The position numbers and the translations under genes were made by a program. From NCBI RefSeq assembly GCF_009914755.1, contig NC_060939.1: DNA of 64,000 bases; one strand, given 5' to 3'. This DNA comes from the human T2T-CHM13v2.0 reference genome, Homo sapiens. Shown here one piece after another: positions 16,400 through 29,144 of this stretch. The notes beneath the pieces were generated by a model. The model ran no database searches. It was not told the origin of the DNA and saw only the letters and a list, made by a program, of their open reading frames with translations. The stretch's first letter is position 1, and each line of letters starts with the position of its first letter.

Positions 16400-16870
16400 C
16401 TGCATGCGCCAGCCAGCTGCTTGCTTGCCCTCAGATCCTTCCCTATCCCGTCCCTTGCCTGCTTCGTATTGCAGCGGGGTGACTGCTGCAAACAGTGGAT
16501 CCCAGACTCGCTTGCCCTCTGGCTGCCTTTAGTTTCTGAGATCATTTGGAGAAAGAAGGGCAAAAACAAGGCAAGCTATTTCTGCCCTGTGCTCTCTCTC
16601 TTTCTGCTCCGAGTGACACTCCTGGAAGTAGCGATGGTCCTAGCTGTCACTAGTCTGTCCCTCCCTTCCTTGTCCCATCTCCCCCTAGGAGTCCTAGATT
16701 TGGGATTTTGTGCTTTGACAAAACTATCTCCTTCTTTATCTTTACAACCCAAGGATGATACTGACTATCCGCTACTGCTAATCTCTGAGTTTCTTGTCTG
16801 TCCCGTTTGGCTTCATTTTGCTTCCAACATTTTGTAATGGGTACCTTGTATTAAACTATCCCTGCCGAGC
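16400..16870 (-). mobile_element. Possible old ERVL-type LTR (LTR33/LTR16-like)
   Basis: CCCAGACTCGCTTGCCCTCTGGCTGCC...GCTATTTCTGCCC resembles recalled LTR33-type sequence. Confidence 0.35.
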
Positions 16871-19700
16871 TACCCAGCATTGGTTTCCTAACTATACCTT
16901 GACTGAGATACAACCCAGACTCAGGAGTATTCTGTTCTTCTGCATGCCATTGTAATTTTATAAAAAGATTCTTTAAGACCAGATTTTGAGTAAAAGCTAT
17001 CATTAAATAATGACAGTCAAATATCAAAAACTTCTGTATCCTAGGAGTTGGCCTACCCTCAGAGATCACCTGGTCTAAATCCTTTTTTTCTGTTGATAAA
17101 ATGAGGCTCTGAGAGTTTGAGGGACTCACCCTAGGTCATTTAGTAAGAGTCTCATTTTCCTAGTGGGTATTATTCCGCCATGATTTGAATATGAGCATCT
17201 CCTTAGCACAAAGACAAACACCATATATTTTTATTTCCCTTTAAGGGATTGGCCTATATTTACATATATATTTCTTGACAGGCATGATGCAACTTGGCAT
17301 CTTTGCATTGCAAATAAGTGTCAAAATCTACTAGGTCAAACATACATAATGGACAATGGCATGGCAAAGCTCTACTGGACTACTAAATTCACATGATTGT
17401 ATCTCTATATATTCAAATATAGATGTAGATATACAGATTTAGATAGAGAAAGGGACACAGGTACAGAGAAAGGAAAAGATACAGATATAGATGTACTGTT
17501 CTCCCCCAAGTCATTACTAAGTTTTAAAAGGAATAAAACAGCATGCTTTTCTACTCACCATGCATAAATCATCACTGAAAAGGAGCCCAGAAGCATCTCT
17601 GCAAACTCGTCTTAGAGATTTGAAATACACAGAAGGTCCATTTCTTGATGACCCAAGCAAAAAAGTTCAAGAGTGAACTTGGCTTTGGGCAGGGCTAGCA
17701 GGCAGTACGGCCTAGCTCACAAAGGTATGTGGGCACCCAGGAGGGGTTAATTAGAAAAAAGCTCTAAGTAAAAGGGTTATAGCTGGACTAGGATAGGACA
17801 ACTAGCTTTGGTCAAGAACACTCCTTCCCAAAATACAAATTCTGAGGCTGAGGCCATTGTCTGGGGTCAGGAGCTGATGTCCAACAAGAAAATAGGGCCA
17901 GAGGATCACAGAAGGCCTCTTGTAATCAGGAGACCAAGTCAACTGTAGGGTAAAGAGAGATTGGTTTGAGAAATCAAACAGAAATCCAAGCAACTGAGGT
18001 GAAAATTAAAGCAAAAGTGAAAATGAACTGAGTAGACATCGAGAAGAACTGGCCAGCCATGCTGGAGGCCCCTGAGTCTGAGTGAGGACAGGATTAGCAA
18101 ATGTGATTTCCACTCAAATCAGAATTATTGGGTCACCTCTTCTTGTCCTTGAAGGAGCCAAGGTCACATTCTGCAGTTAGAGCTGCATTATCTGAGCACA
18201 GCCCCAAGGGGGCCAAGACTTGGCATTTTAACTCCACTGGTGCCAGGTGATGCCATCTAACCTGTGATCACAGACAGGCCACCTCTCAAACGTGGAGAGC
18301 CTGTACATAATTACACATCTTGGGTATGAGGAAGGCCAGGTAGACTGGGTATGGGAATCACAGCAAACCCATATCAGTTTTCCCACAGACAGTTCCCAGG
18401 CAGGATGGCCTGGAGCCCAGGGAACATAGGTCCCGGTACTGAATTGGCCTAGAAAAGCCTTCTGATCTAGCCTTATTTCTGAGTCATGATTGTCACACTC
18501 CCATGCTCCAGGAAGTAACAGTACTTTTTTTCATTTTCCTTGTCCCCTCCCTCTCTTTTAATCTTTGAGGACTACATCTCTGCTTATGGTGTTTACTAAA
18601 TATTTTTGGGTTTGAATTTTGAATTCTAAGATGCTTATAACACTGGGCTCACCGTATCAGCCTTAAGCACTAAATGGAGTATGGTTCATCATATACAGGC
18701 CTCAATCTCGAGTCCTGGCTGTCCCCTATTCAACTGGCTTCCCAGCTGAGACCAGGGAGTTTGGCAAAAAGGGGAAGTAACTGTGGGCCTCATTTGAATT
18801 ATAGAACAGGAAGGACATTAGGTCAGGGCTAAGGCACAGGAAGTGGAAATATGGTTGTCTCTGTTTATCAAAGACAAGCTAGAGTATCTTGTGCAATATA
18901 GTGAACATAGAACAAGACATGCTATGCCCATCACCCTCCTCAAGGGTAAAATCTTCAAGTGATATAAGATGTGAATCAACCAAGTGCATTGCAGGGGAAG
19001 GATCTGGGATGGGAGGAAAGAAGAGAGGAGAAAAGAAAACAGCATGACTTGGTGAAGATGAAAGGAGATGGAGCCCAACAGGCCTGAGTATCATTCTGGA
19101 CCACCTCATGGCAGCTCTGGCTCTTTGGTAAGTTCCTCAACCTTCCTGTGCCTGTATCCACTGCTGTAAAAAAGAGATAATGATAGTACTTCTATCCTGG
19201 GATTATATCCAAAATTAAATATTTTTCAAAAAAAAAGTCTGGCTCATTTCTTCCTACTAGCCTCCAGTGAAATATATGATGTCTTATAAATGCCTTATTA
19301 CTAATTAAAATAAAATGTTATTGCAACCTAAGGAGTGGGAGATCTCTTTTGGCTTCAAGATCAAGGGAGATAACTTAGAGAAAAAGCTAAAGGAGCTTTA
19401 AAGTACCAGATGGCTTTGGTAGGCAGAGAAAAGCAGGGACGAAGACAAGACACCAGACCTAGGGACAGATGTGCTCTTGGCATATGCTCTTTCTCTGCAT
19501 GCTCCGTGATCCCAAACCTTCTCTTTTTCCTGAACACCATTTGTCCTCATTATTTTCCACATTCAGCCATTCAAATAACACCTTTTTTTTTAAACATCCT
19601 GCATTAATCAAGCCACTGGACATATAAACCACAAACAAGATAGGCATGATCCCTGCCCTCTGAGGTTGTCCTTCTACTCCCTAACATTATCTTTCTTAAA

Positions 19701-19836
19701 AGCTACTTGGGAGGCTGAGTCAGGGAGAGTTGCTTGAACCTGGGAGGCAGAGTTTGAAGTGAGCCAAGATCGCGCCACTGCACTCCAGCCTGGACAACAG
19801 AGCGAGACTTCGTCTCAGGGAAAAAAATAAATAAAA
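19701..19836 (+). mobile_element. 5'-truncated Alu (right arm only)
   Basis: AGCTACTTGGGAGGCTGAG...CACTCCAGCCTGGACAACAGAGCGAGACT plus A-tail. Confidence 0.92.
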
Positions 19837-21904
19837 GCCAATTGGAGGCAGGCACTCTGGTTCATGCACCTTCTATATCCTATATCCCCATGGTGCTGTG
19901 CACAAAACAAGTGCTTAATAAAGAGAGTTGATGAATTGACTGACTTTGCTCCTCCTACTCTGCTATTCTCTGGCTTCAGATTCCATTTATAACCTCACTC
20001 ATTTATCTTAAGAAATATCCACCTTTGATCTTGGGCCATGGTGGGCAAAGCAGAGTGTGGTCCACTCTCAAGACAAGGCAAGAGAAATCCAAAGTGTGGA
20101 CCAGGTAATAATGAATAAGAAGTATATATATATATGGTCCATACGCAGAAAAAAAAATCATATCTTCAAATAAGCAGATTGGCTTCTGCTAGACATGCAA
20201 GGAGCTTGATTGAGGCTAAAAAAATAATTTTTTTTTAAACCAAGCTGATATTCAGAACATTCAAACTGGTGATTAATAAGATAGCCTCTTTGTGCTTCTT
20301 TAATTGATGAAACTTTGACAAAATATTGTTTTCATTCACTCATTATGACTCAATGAATACATTTTTGAATTAGCTTTATTGCCTTTAAAGCGCTGACTTC
20401 AGGCATTCTGGTGCACTGAGCATGGGTCCTTTTGCAGAATATATTCTTAATTAACAGTTTGCTACTGATCTGACACGGGTCTCACCTGCCTTTGTGAGGA
20501 TGGAATTTAATTTTTTTCTTCTTGATTGGCCTTGCCATTCACAGAACGTGTCGTCGTTAGAGAAGGAATTCCATTTAAAATTCAGATCAGGTCCTCCTGC
20601 GTGTCAGCCAGCATTCCCTCTCCAAACATAAGTAAAGGAGGGAAGGCCTGCTACTCACAGGGCTGCTTTGCACTAGGAAAATACTTTATACAACCCCTTT
20701 CCCACATGGCAGCACTTTCCACAGTGAGTACTACAGAGACTCTGTATCGTGAACATCATGACCGGTGTCACGAGACCCAGGAACAGCCCGGGCTCCAGCA
20801 CGCAGAATCTCTCTTGGAGACTCCCTGGGTCAAGTCTGTAGTCTATTCCCCACTGACTCCTGCAATCAAGAACCTGAAATAATGGAGATAGGAGGAGACC
20901 TTGGGGGAAGGATGACCTGAAGAAACCAGGCCTTTACTCTACTATCCTTGAGGGATTGTTCAGTTCACTGTATCCTTTCACGAAAGTCTGGAGAGGCGGA
21001 AAGACTCAGAACTAGCTGGAGACAATGCTGGAAGAGGATCCCAGATGTCCTCAGTTTGAGCAGCCAAAGATACTGTGAGCTAGAGATATCAGCAGTTAAG
21101 GGAGTGCAAAACAACACAGGAAACCTGTCTTCTGTCTCCTCTCTCCCGTGCTTTCTTTAAGCACATATTACAATGCAGAGGCTAAAAGCTGCCAGTCTCC
21201 CTTAGCGCAGCCTGTAATCCTATTAAAACGGATTATTTCATTGTCCTGGGCTATCAGATCTTGCTAAGAACTCATTTAGGTCAACCTTTTAGGATGTTTA
21301 CACACATGGAAAAAAATAATGTTAAATAAGTCACTTGCCATGTTTCTCAAAAAGAGCTGAGCTGGGCAGGCTTGACTGTGTACAGCCCTGTGTCTTTTTC
21401 ATGGTCTCCTTAAAGCCTCATGAAAGTTTGGGCTTTGACTCCTCAGCTCTAGCAGCAGACGCAGGGACCTGGCACAAGAGTCAGAGCCTAGTAATTTCCA
21501 TGGAAATGACTGGAATGTTAAACCCACTTTAATCACCTCTGCTTGCTGGCAACCTCACTCTGAATTCCTTTAGTCAGTGCAAACTCTAAGGCACAGAGAG
21601 GAGTAAGAGAGAATAGAGCAGTATGACTGTGGGTGCCCAGTTGGAAGTCAAGAGTTCCTTTCTACTGGGCTTCTGAGTAGCCAGGGGCCCAGAATGATTC
21701 ATGCTCAGTTTGACATTTAATGTCTCAAGGCTTAACTCACTTCCCCTGTCTCCTCACTTTGCCATGCTCATTTCAAATAATGGCATCAGCAATCATCCTT
21801 GCCCAAACTAAAGCTCTGGAAGCACTGTCTACTCCTTCTTTATCCCCATAATCCTCAGTCTTGTTCATGTCAGCTCAGGTTTCTCCACTTCTTCCAGATG
21901 CTCC

Positions 21905-22417
21905 TGTAGTAGGTGACTTCTGATATAGCTCCCAGTGGTCTCCCCTCTGGTGTCTGCACCCTAGTGCAGTCCCCTTGTGTAAGGTCCTGAGCATGGGCTG
22001 GACCTCGAGATTTCCAAGCAATAGACCACGGCAAACACAATGGGATGCCACTTCTGTTATCAGGTTACAAAATTCTGAGACTTCCATCTTGCTCCGATTC
22101 TCTTTCTGGCTCTGTTTGTTCTGATGGAGAGAGCTACCTGGTAAAGGACAGAGTGACTTCCAGCTAACAGCCAGTAAGAAACTGAGTCCTGCCAACAACC
22201 CCTGAGAGTCTTTGCAAAAGGATCCTGACCCAGTTGAACTTCCAGATAACAGGAGCCCTGGTCATCACCTTAACTACAGCTGGGGAGAAACCTCAAATCA
22301 GAGGACCCAGCTAAGCCATGCCCAGATTCCTGACCCACAGAAACTGAGATACTAAACATGTTGCTTAAAGCAACTAATTCTGGGGTAACTGTTATGCAGC
22401 TACAGAAAACTGATATA
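21905..22417 (+). mobile_element. MLT1-family MaLR LTR (MLT1E/F-like)
   Basis: CCAGCTAACAGCCAGTAAGAAACTGAG...CCAGATTCCTGACCCACAGAAACTGAGA...GTTATGCAGC. Confidence 0.75.
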
Positions 22418-22769
22418 CCTTCCTATTCCATCTTCTACTCCAGCCCTCATTTTTATTCTTCTTGGTCTAACGAACTCTAAAAAGTCACTCAGCTGGTCTC
22501 CTTTCTCCCTTGTACTTCCCTCCCCAAACTATCATCTCCAATGTTATCGTATTATCTTCCTAAAAAAGACAAAATCAAGCTGTCACTAAAGGGTGAAGCT
22601 CTAGGTTATCAACTCTCATTGCAACCAAATTAACTTCACTTCTACCTATTTAATATTGTATGCATCTCAATTAGATTTTATTTAGGGAGTAAAAAGAAAA
22701 TGATCTTTCCACTGTAACACTAAAAATTAAGACAATTTAAGGGTGGGTTAATCATGGGAGCATTTATAA

Positions 22770-23135
22770 ATATTTATTCTGATTGTCCAACTTTTGGACA
22801 CACAGTAAGGCTGCTCTTTTTTACCTTCTTGAGGTTTAGGTGTGACCATGTGGCTGCTTTTGACCAATAAAATGTGAATGGTACATGTTACTTTAGGTGC
22901 AAGTATTTAGTTGCCAGCACTCAATTCCCACTTTCCTATTCCCTGCTATAGCTTCGTGAATCATGCATCATCAAATGGAGCCTGGGACCCTGAGTAGCTA
23001 TAAGAGCAGTGCCCACCCTGCCCATCTATGTTAAATGTGTAGCATGAGTGAGAAATAAATCCTTGTTACGTGAAATCACTCAGATGTGGAGGGTATTCGT
23101 TACTGCAGCACAGACTATCACACTCTGACTAACCC
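22770..23135 (+). mobile_element. MLT1-family MaLR LTR (MLT1H/I/J-like)
   Basis: GTGACCATGTGGCTGCTTTTGACCAATAAAATGTGA...AGCATGAGTGAGAAATAAATCC...GTTACTGCAGCA. Confidence 0.65.
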
Positions 23136-24430
23136 ACAGCAGCAGTAAATTAGACCAACCTCCAATTTCATACATTAGAAAACTAAGGAGAAAAGAAGTG
23201 CTTACTTAAGGTTACCTAGAAGGGCACCCAGTCCCAAGAACTCTGCAGGACACTAGGCTCACAACCCTGTGATGTCTATAAAAACTGATGATCCTTCTGA
23301 GCTTAGGACCAGAAAAGGGCACTCTCTTCCCACTGGGAAAGACCCCTCTCCAGGCCTACAGGCATTCCCCTGCGTGGGGTCACCTGCTAAGATCTAATAA
23401 GCAGCACAGGCCACCCTCTTCCTTAGTTCCTTCTCATCATGAGTATCAGCTCTTTCTGAGCCTTTCTGCACCTTCAAGGTAGATTAGGGGTGAGAAACTG
23501 GAGGCTAAAAACCTCTTGGCAGTTTACAGTAAGAGACATGTCATTCCCAATGAGTTTGCACAATTTGAGGCTTTTTGCTGTGCTCTCAAGGCATGAAACT
23601 GGCAAGAAGCAAGGGTAGACACTTCGCCTGACTTCCTCCAAGTAAGATATCCCTATAGAGAGATGGCTTTTAAAGAGCTCTGAAATAGGCCCTTTGTAGG
23701 CCTACATAGGCTTCTAGCAGAGTGGCCATATGCCCCAGCTTGCCCAGAAGAGTCCTAGTTTCACCTACTGCCCTGGAATCATTATTAATAGTGCTCCCTT
23801 TCACTCTCAAATGTGTCCCACTTTGGATGATAAATTATACAGTCACTGTAGCTCCAAGACTGGAGTCACCTGCCAAGCTTCATTTCTTAATTCACTCCCC
23901 ACAGGCCACTGCCACTGGCTGACAGGAAAGAATTTCCACTAACCCAGAGCTACCAGAGAGAGTTAGCTTCAGGCAGCAGCAAGACCATGGGGATCATGGG
24001 TTCTGGTCTTCCCTCTAATTCTGTCTGGCTGTGTGATTTTGGAAAAGTTGCTTTCCCTCCTTTGACCTCTGTGCTATATAAAATAATGGAGCTGGATGGA
24101 AGGGTGCTTTGATTTCCTTCCAGTCTTTGATTCCATAAAGCTGTCTATAGGAAAGATTTCCCACAATGGAGGAATCCACATGGACACCAAGCTCTGAATG
24201 CAGATGGAATCCATCATGCAGCCCACAGATACATTTTTTAAACTTTTCCTTTCAATCTCTGTAGATGCTGTGATTAATAAAATGCCAAATATTTCAGAAG
24301 CATTACAAATTTCAGAATAGCTGCGTGTCATTAGGTATTTTCTTAGTCAATAGGATGAGAAGCGCCACTTCTGTAAGGTAGGGGGAGTGGAGTGGAAGGC
24401 AAAATATATTGTCTTTAAAAAAGGATATTC

Positions 24431-27400
24431 GATTGTGCAGGGCCAGGATGGCTGACTAGAAGCAGTGGTGATGGGAGGCTGCCATTGAAGAGAACCATAA
24501 CAGCATGCCAATCCTGCACTGGCAAATGAGGTATCCAGGTTCTGTCATCAGAACTGACTAGGTGGCTATCGTGACTCACGGAGGGAAAGGAAGAGCAGTG
24601 TGGTGCGGCAACCCACCTGAGAGACACACGGGGCAGGGGAGCCCCACACACACACACAGCCAAGGGAGGCGTTCTGGGGAATCCAGGCAGCTCAGATGAG
24701 TGGGTTTCCCCCCAGCAAAGCACACCCCCTCCACCAAGGACAGTCAAAGTGCTTCGTTAAAACGGGTCCTGCTCCTTGTGCCACCCAACTGGGTGAGACC
24801 CTCCAACAGGGTTTGTCAGACACCCTATACAGGAGCATTCCTACAGGCATCAGGTCAGTGCCCCTCAAGGTCAGAGATCCCAGAGGAAGAAGCAGGCACC
24901 CATCTGTGCTGTTCTCCAGCCTCCTTAACTGACATCTCCAGGCGTGGGAGCAAACCAGATGAATAGGGCCTGAAGTGAACCACCAGCAAATCACAGCATC
25001 CCTACAGAAGAGAGGCTTGACCCTTGCAAGAAAAATAAACAAACAGAAAGCAACAATAGCATCAACAACAACAACAAAAAAAGACCCCACAAAAACCCTA
25101 TCCAAGTGTCAGCAGCCTCAAAGATCACTACTAGACAAACTCAGGAAGATGAGAAAGAATCAACAAAAAAAGTGCTGAAAACCCGAAAGGCCAGAATATC
25201 TCTTCTCCTCCAAATGATTGCAACACCTCTCCAGCATGGGCACAGAACTGGATGGAGGATGAAATTAACAAATTGACAGAAGTAGGTTTCAGAAGATGGG
25301 TAATAACAAACTCCAGTGAGCTAAAGGAGCTTGTTTTAACCCAATGCAAAGAAGCTAAGAACCTTGATAAAAGGTCATAGGAGCTGCTAACTAGAATAAC
25401 CAGTTTAGAGAGGAACGTAAATGACCTGATGGAGCTGAAAAACACAACACAAGAACTTTGCGAAGCATACACAAGTATCAGTAGCCGAACTGACCAAGCA
25501 AAAGAAAGGATATCAGAGTTTGAAGACCATTTTGCTGAAATAAAGTATGCAGGCAAGATTAGAGAAAAAAGAATGAAAAGAAATTAATAAAACCTCCGAG
25601 AAATATGGGACTCTGTAAAAAGACTGAACCTACGATTGACTAGAGTACATGAAAGAGATAGAGAGAATGGAACCTAGTTGGAACACACTCTTCAGGATAT
25701 TATCCAGGAGAACTTCCCCAACCTAGCAAGACAGGCCGACATTCAAATTCAGGAAATACAGAGAACACCACTAAGATACTCCACAAGAAGATCAACCCCA
25801 AGGCATATAATCTTCAGATTCTTGAAGGTCAAAATGAAGGAAAAAATGTTAATGGCAGCCAGAGAGAAAGGCCAGGTCACCTACAAAGGGAAGCCCATCA
25901 GACTAACAGCAGACCTCTCAGCAGAAACCCTACAAGCCAGAAGAGAGTGGGGGCCAGTATTCAACATTTCTAAAGAAAATAATTTTCAACCCAGAATTTC
26001 ATATCCAGCCAAAGTAAGCCTCATAAGCAAAGGAGGAATAAGATCCTTTCCAGAAAAGCAAATGCTGAGGGATTTCACCTCACCAGGCCTGCCTTACAAG
26101 AGCTCCTGAAGGAAGCACTAAATATAGAAAAGAAAAACTGGTACCAGCCACTGCAAAAACACACCAAAATATAAAGACCAATGACACTATGAAGAAACTG
26201 CATCAACTAGTGTGCAAAATAACCAGCTAGCATCATGATGACAGGATCAAATTTATACATAACAATATTAACCTTAAATGTAAATGGGCTAAATGCTCCA
26301 ATTAAAGGTCACGGAACGGCAAATTGGATAAAGAGTCAAGACCCATTGGTGTGCTGTGTTCAGAAGACCCATCTCATGTGCAAAGACACACATAGGCTCA
26401 AAATAAAGGGATGGAGGAGTATTCACCAAGCAAATGGAAAGCAAAAAAAAAGTAGGGGTTGCAATCCTACTCTTTGACAAAGCAGACTTTAAACCCACAA
26501 AGATCAGAAAAGACAAAGAAGGGCATTACATAATGGTAAAGTGATCAATTCAACAAGAAGAGCTAATTATCCTAAATATATACGCACCCAGTACAAGAGC
26601 ACCTAGATTCATAAAACAAGTTCTTAGAGACCTACAAAGAGACTTAGGCTCCCACATGATAATAGTCAGAGACTTTAACACCCCACTGTCAATATTAGAC
26701 AGATCGACAAGACAGAAAATTAACAAGGATATTAAAGACTTGAACTCAGCTCTGGATCAAGTGGACTTAAGAGACATCTACAGAACTCTCCACCACAAAT
26801 CAACCGAATATATATTCTTCTGAGTGCCACATGGCACGTATTCTAAAATCGACCACATTATTGGAAGTAAAATACTCCAGAGCAAATGCGAAAGAATGAA
26901 ATCACAACAAACAGTGTCTCAGACCATGGTACAATCAAATTAGAACTCAGGATAAAGAAACTCACTCAAGGGCCGGGCACGGTGGCTCACATCTGTAATC
27001 CCAGAACTTTGGGATGCCAAGGCGGGTGGATCATGAGGTCAGGAGATCGAGACCATCTTGGCTAACACGGTGAAACCCTGTCTCAACTAAAAGTACAAAA
27101 AATTAGCCAGGCATGGTGGCAGGAGAATGACATGAACCCAGGAGGGGCGGAGCTTGCAGTGAGCCGAGATAGCGCCACTGCACTCCATCCAGCCTGGATG
27201 ATAGAGCGAGACTCCTTCTCAACAAAAAAAAAAAAAAAAGAAAAAAAAAAAAAGAAACTCACTCAAAACCACACAACCACATGGACATTGAAAAACCTGC
27301 TCATGCATGACTCCTGGGTAAATAATGAAATTAAGGCAGACATCAAGAAGTTCTTCGAAAAAATAAGAAGAGACAATGAGTCGCTGGGACACAGCTAAAG

Positions 27401-29102
27401 CAGTGTTAAGAGGGAAATGTATAGTACTAAATGCCCACATCAGAAAGCTAGAAAGATCTCAAATCTACACTGTAACATCACAATTAAAAGAGCTAGAGAA
27501 GCAAGAGCAAACAAATCCAAAAGCTAGCAGAAGACAAGAAATAACTAAGATCAGAGCAGAACTAAAGGAGATAGAGACATGAAAAACCCTTCAAAAAAAT
27601 CAATGAATCCAAGAACTCGTTTTTTGAAAAAATTAACCAAATTTTTTGTTAATTTTTTGTTTATTAGCTAGACTAATAAACAAGAAAAGAGAGAAGAATC
27701 AAATAGATTCAATAAAAAATTATAAAGGGGGTATCACCACTGACCCCACAGAAATACAAGCTACCATCAGAGAAGGTGCAAATAAACTAGGAAAAACTAG
27801 AAGAGATAGATAAATTCCTGGACACATACACACTCCTGAGACTAAATTAGGTAGAAGCCGAATCCCTGAATAGACCAATAACAAGTTCTGAAATTGAGGC
27901 AGTAATTAACAGCCTACCAACTAAAAAAATCCCAGGACCAGACAGATTCCTAGCCAAATTCTACCAGAGACACAAAAAGGAGTTGGTACCCTTCCTTTTG
28001 AAACTATTCCAAACAACTAAAAAGGAGGGATTCCTCCCTAACCCATTTTATGAGGCCAGCATTATCGTGACACCAAAACCTGGCAGAGACACAACAAAAA
28101 CAGAAAACTTCAGGGCAATATCCCTGATGAACATCGATGCAAAAATCCTCAATAAAATACTGCAAACTGGATCCAGCAGAATATCAAAAAGCTTATCCAC
28201 CATGATCAAGTCAGCTTCATCCCTGGGATGCAAGGCTGATTCAACATACACAAATCAATAAATGTAATTCATCACATAAACAGAGCCAATGACAAAAACC
28301 ACATGATCATCTCAATAGATTCAGAAAATGCCTTCGATAAAACTCAACATCCTTTCATGTTAAAAACTCTCAATAAACTAGGTACTGATACAACATATCT
28401 CAAAATAATAAGAGCTATTTATGGCAAACCCACAGCCAATGTCATACTGAATGCATAAAATCTAGAAGCATTCCCTTTGAAAACTGGCACAAGACAAAGA
28501 TGCCCTCTCTCATCACTCCTGTTCAACATAGTATTGGAAGTTCTGACCAGGGCAACCAGGCAAGAGAAAGAAATAAAGAGTATTCAAAGAGAAAGAGAGG
28601 AATTCCAATTGTCTCAGTTTGCAGACAACATGATTTTATATTTAGAATACCCCATCGTCTCAGCCCAAAACCTCCTTAAGCTGATAAGCAACTTCAGCAA
28701 AGTCTCAGGATGCAAAACCAATGTGCAAGAATCATAGGCATTCCTATATACGAACAATAGACAAGCAGAGAGCCAAATCATGAATAAACTCCCACTCACA
28801 ATCACTAGAAAGAGAACAAAATACCTAGGAATACAGCTAACAAGGGTTGTGAAGGACCTCTTCAAGGAGAACTACAAACCACTGCTCAAGGAAATAAGAG
28901 AAGACACAAACAAATAGAAAAACATTCCATTCTCATGATGGGAAGAATCAATATCATGAAAACTGCCAAACTGCCCAAAGAAATTTATAGATTCAATGCT
29001 GTTCCCATCAAAATACCATTGACATTCTTCACAGAATTAGAAAAAAAACACTTTAATTTTATGTGGAACCAAAAAGGAGAACACATAGCCAAGACAATCC
29101 TA

Positions 29103-29144
<42 letters not shown>

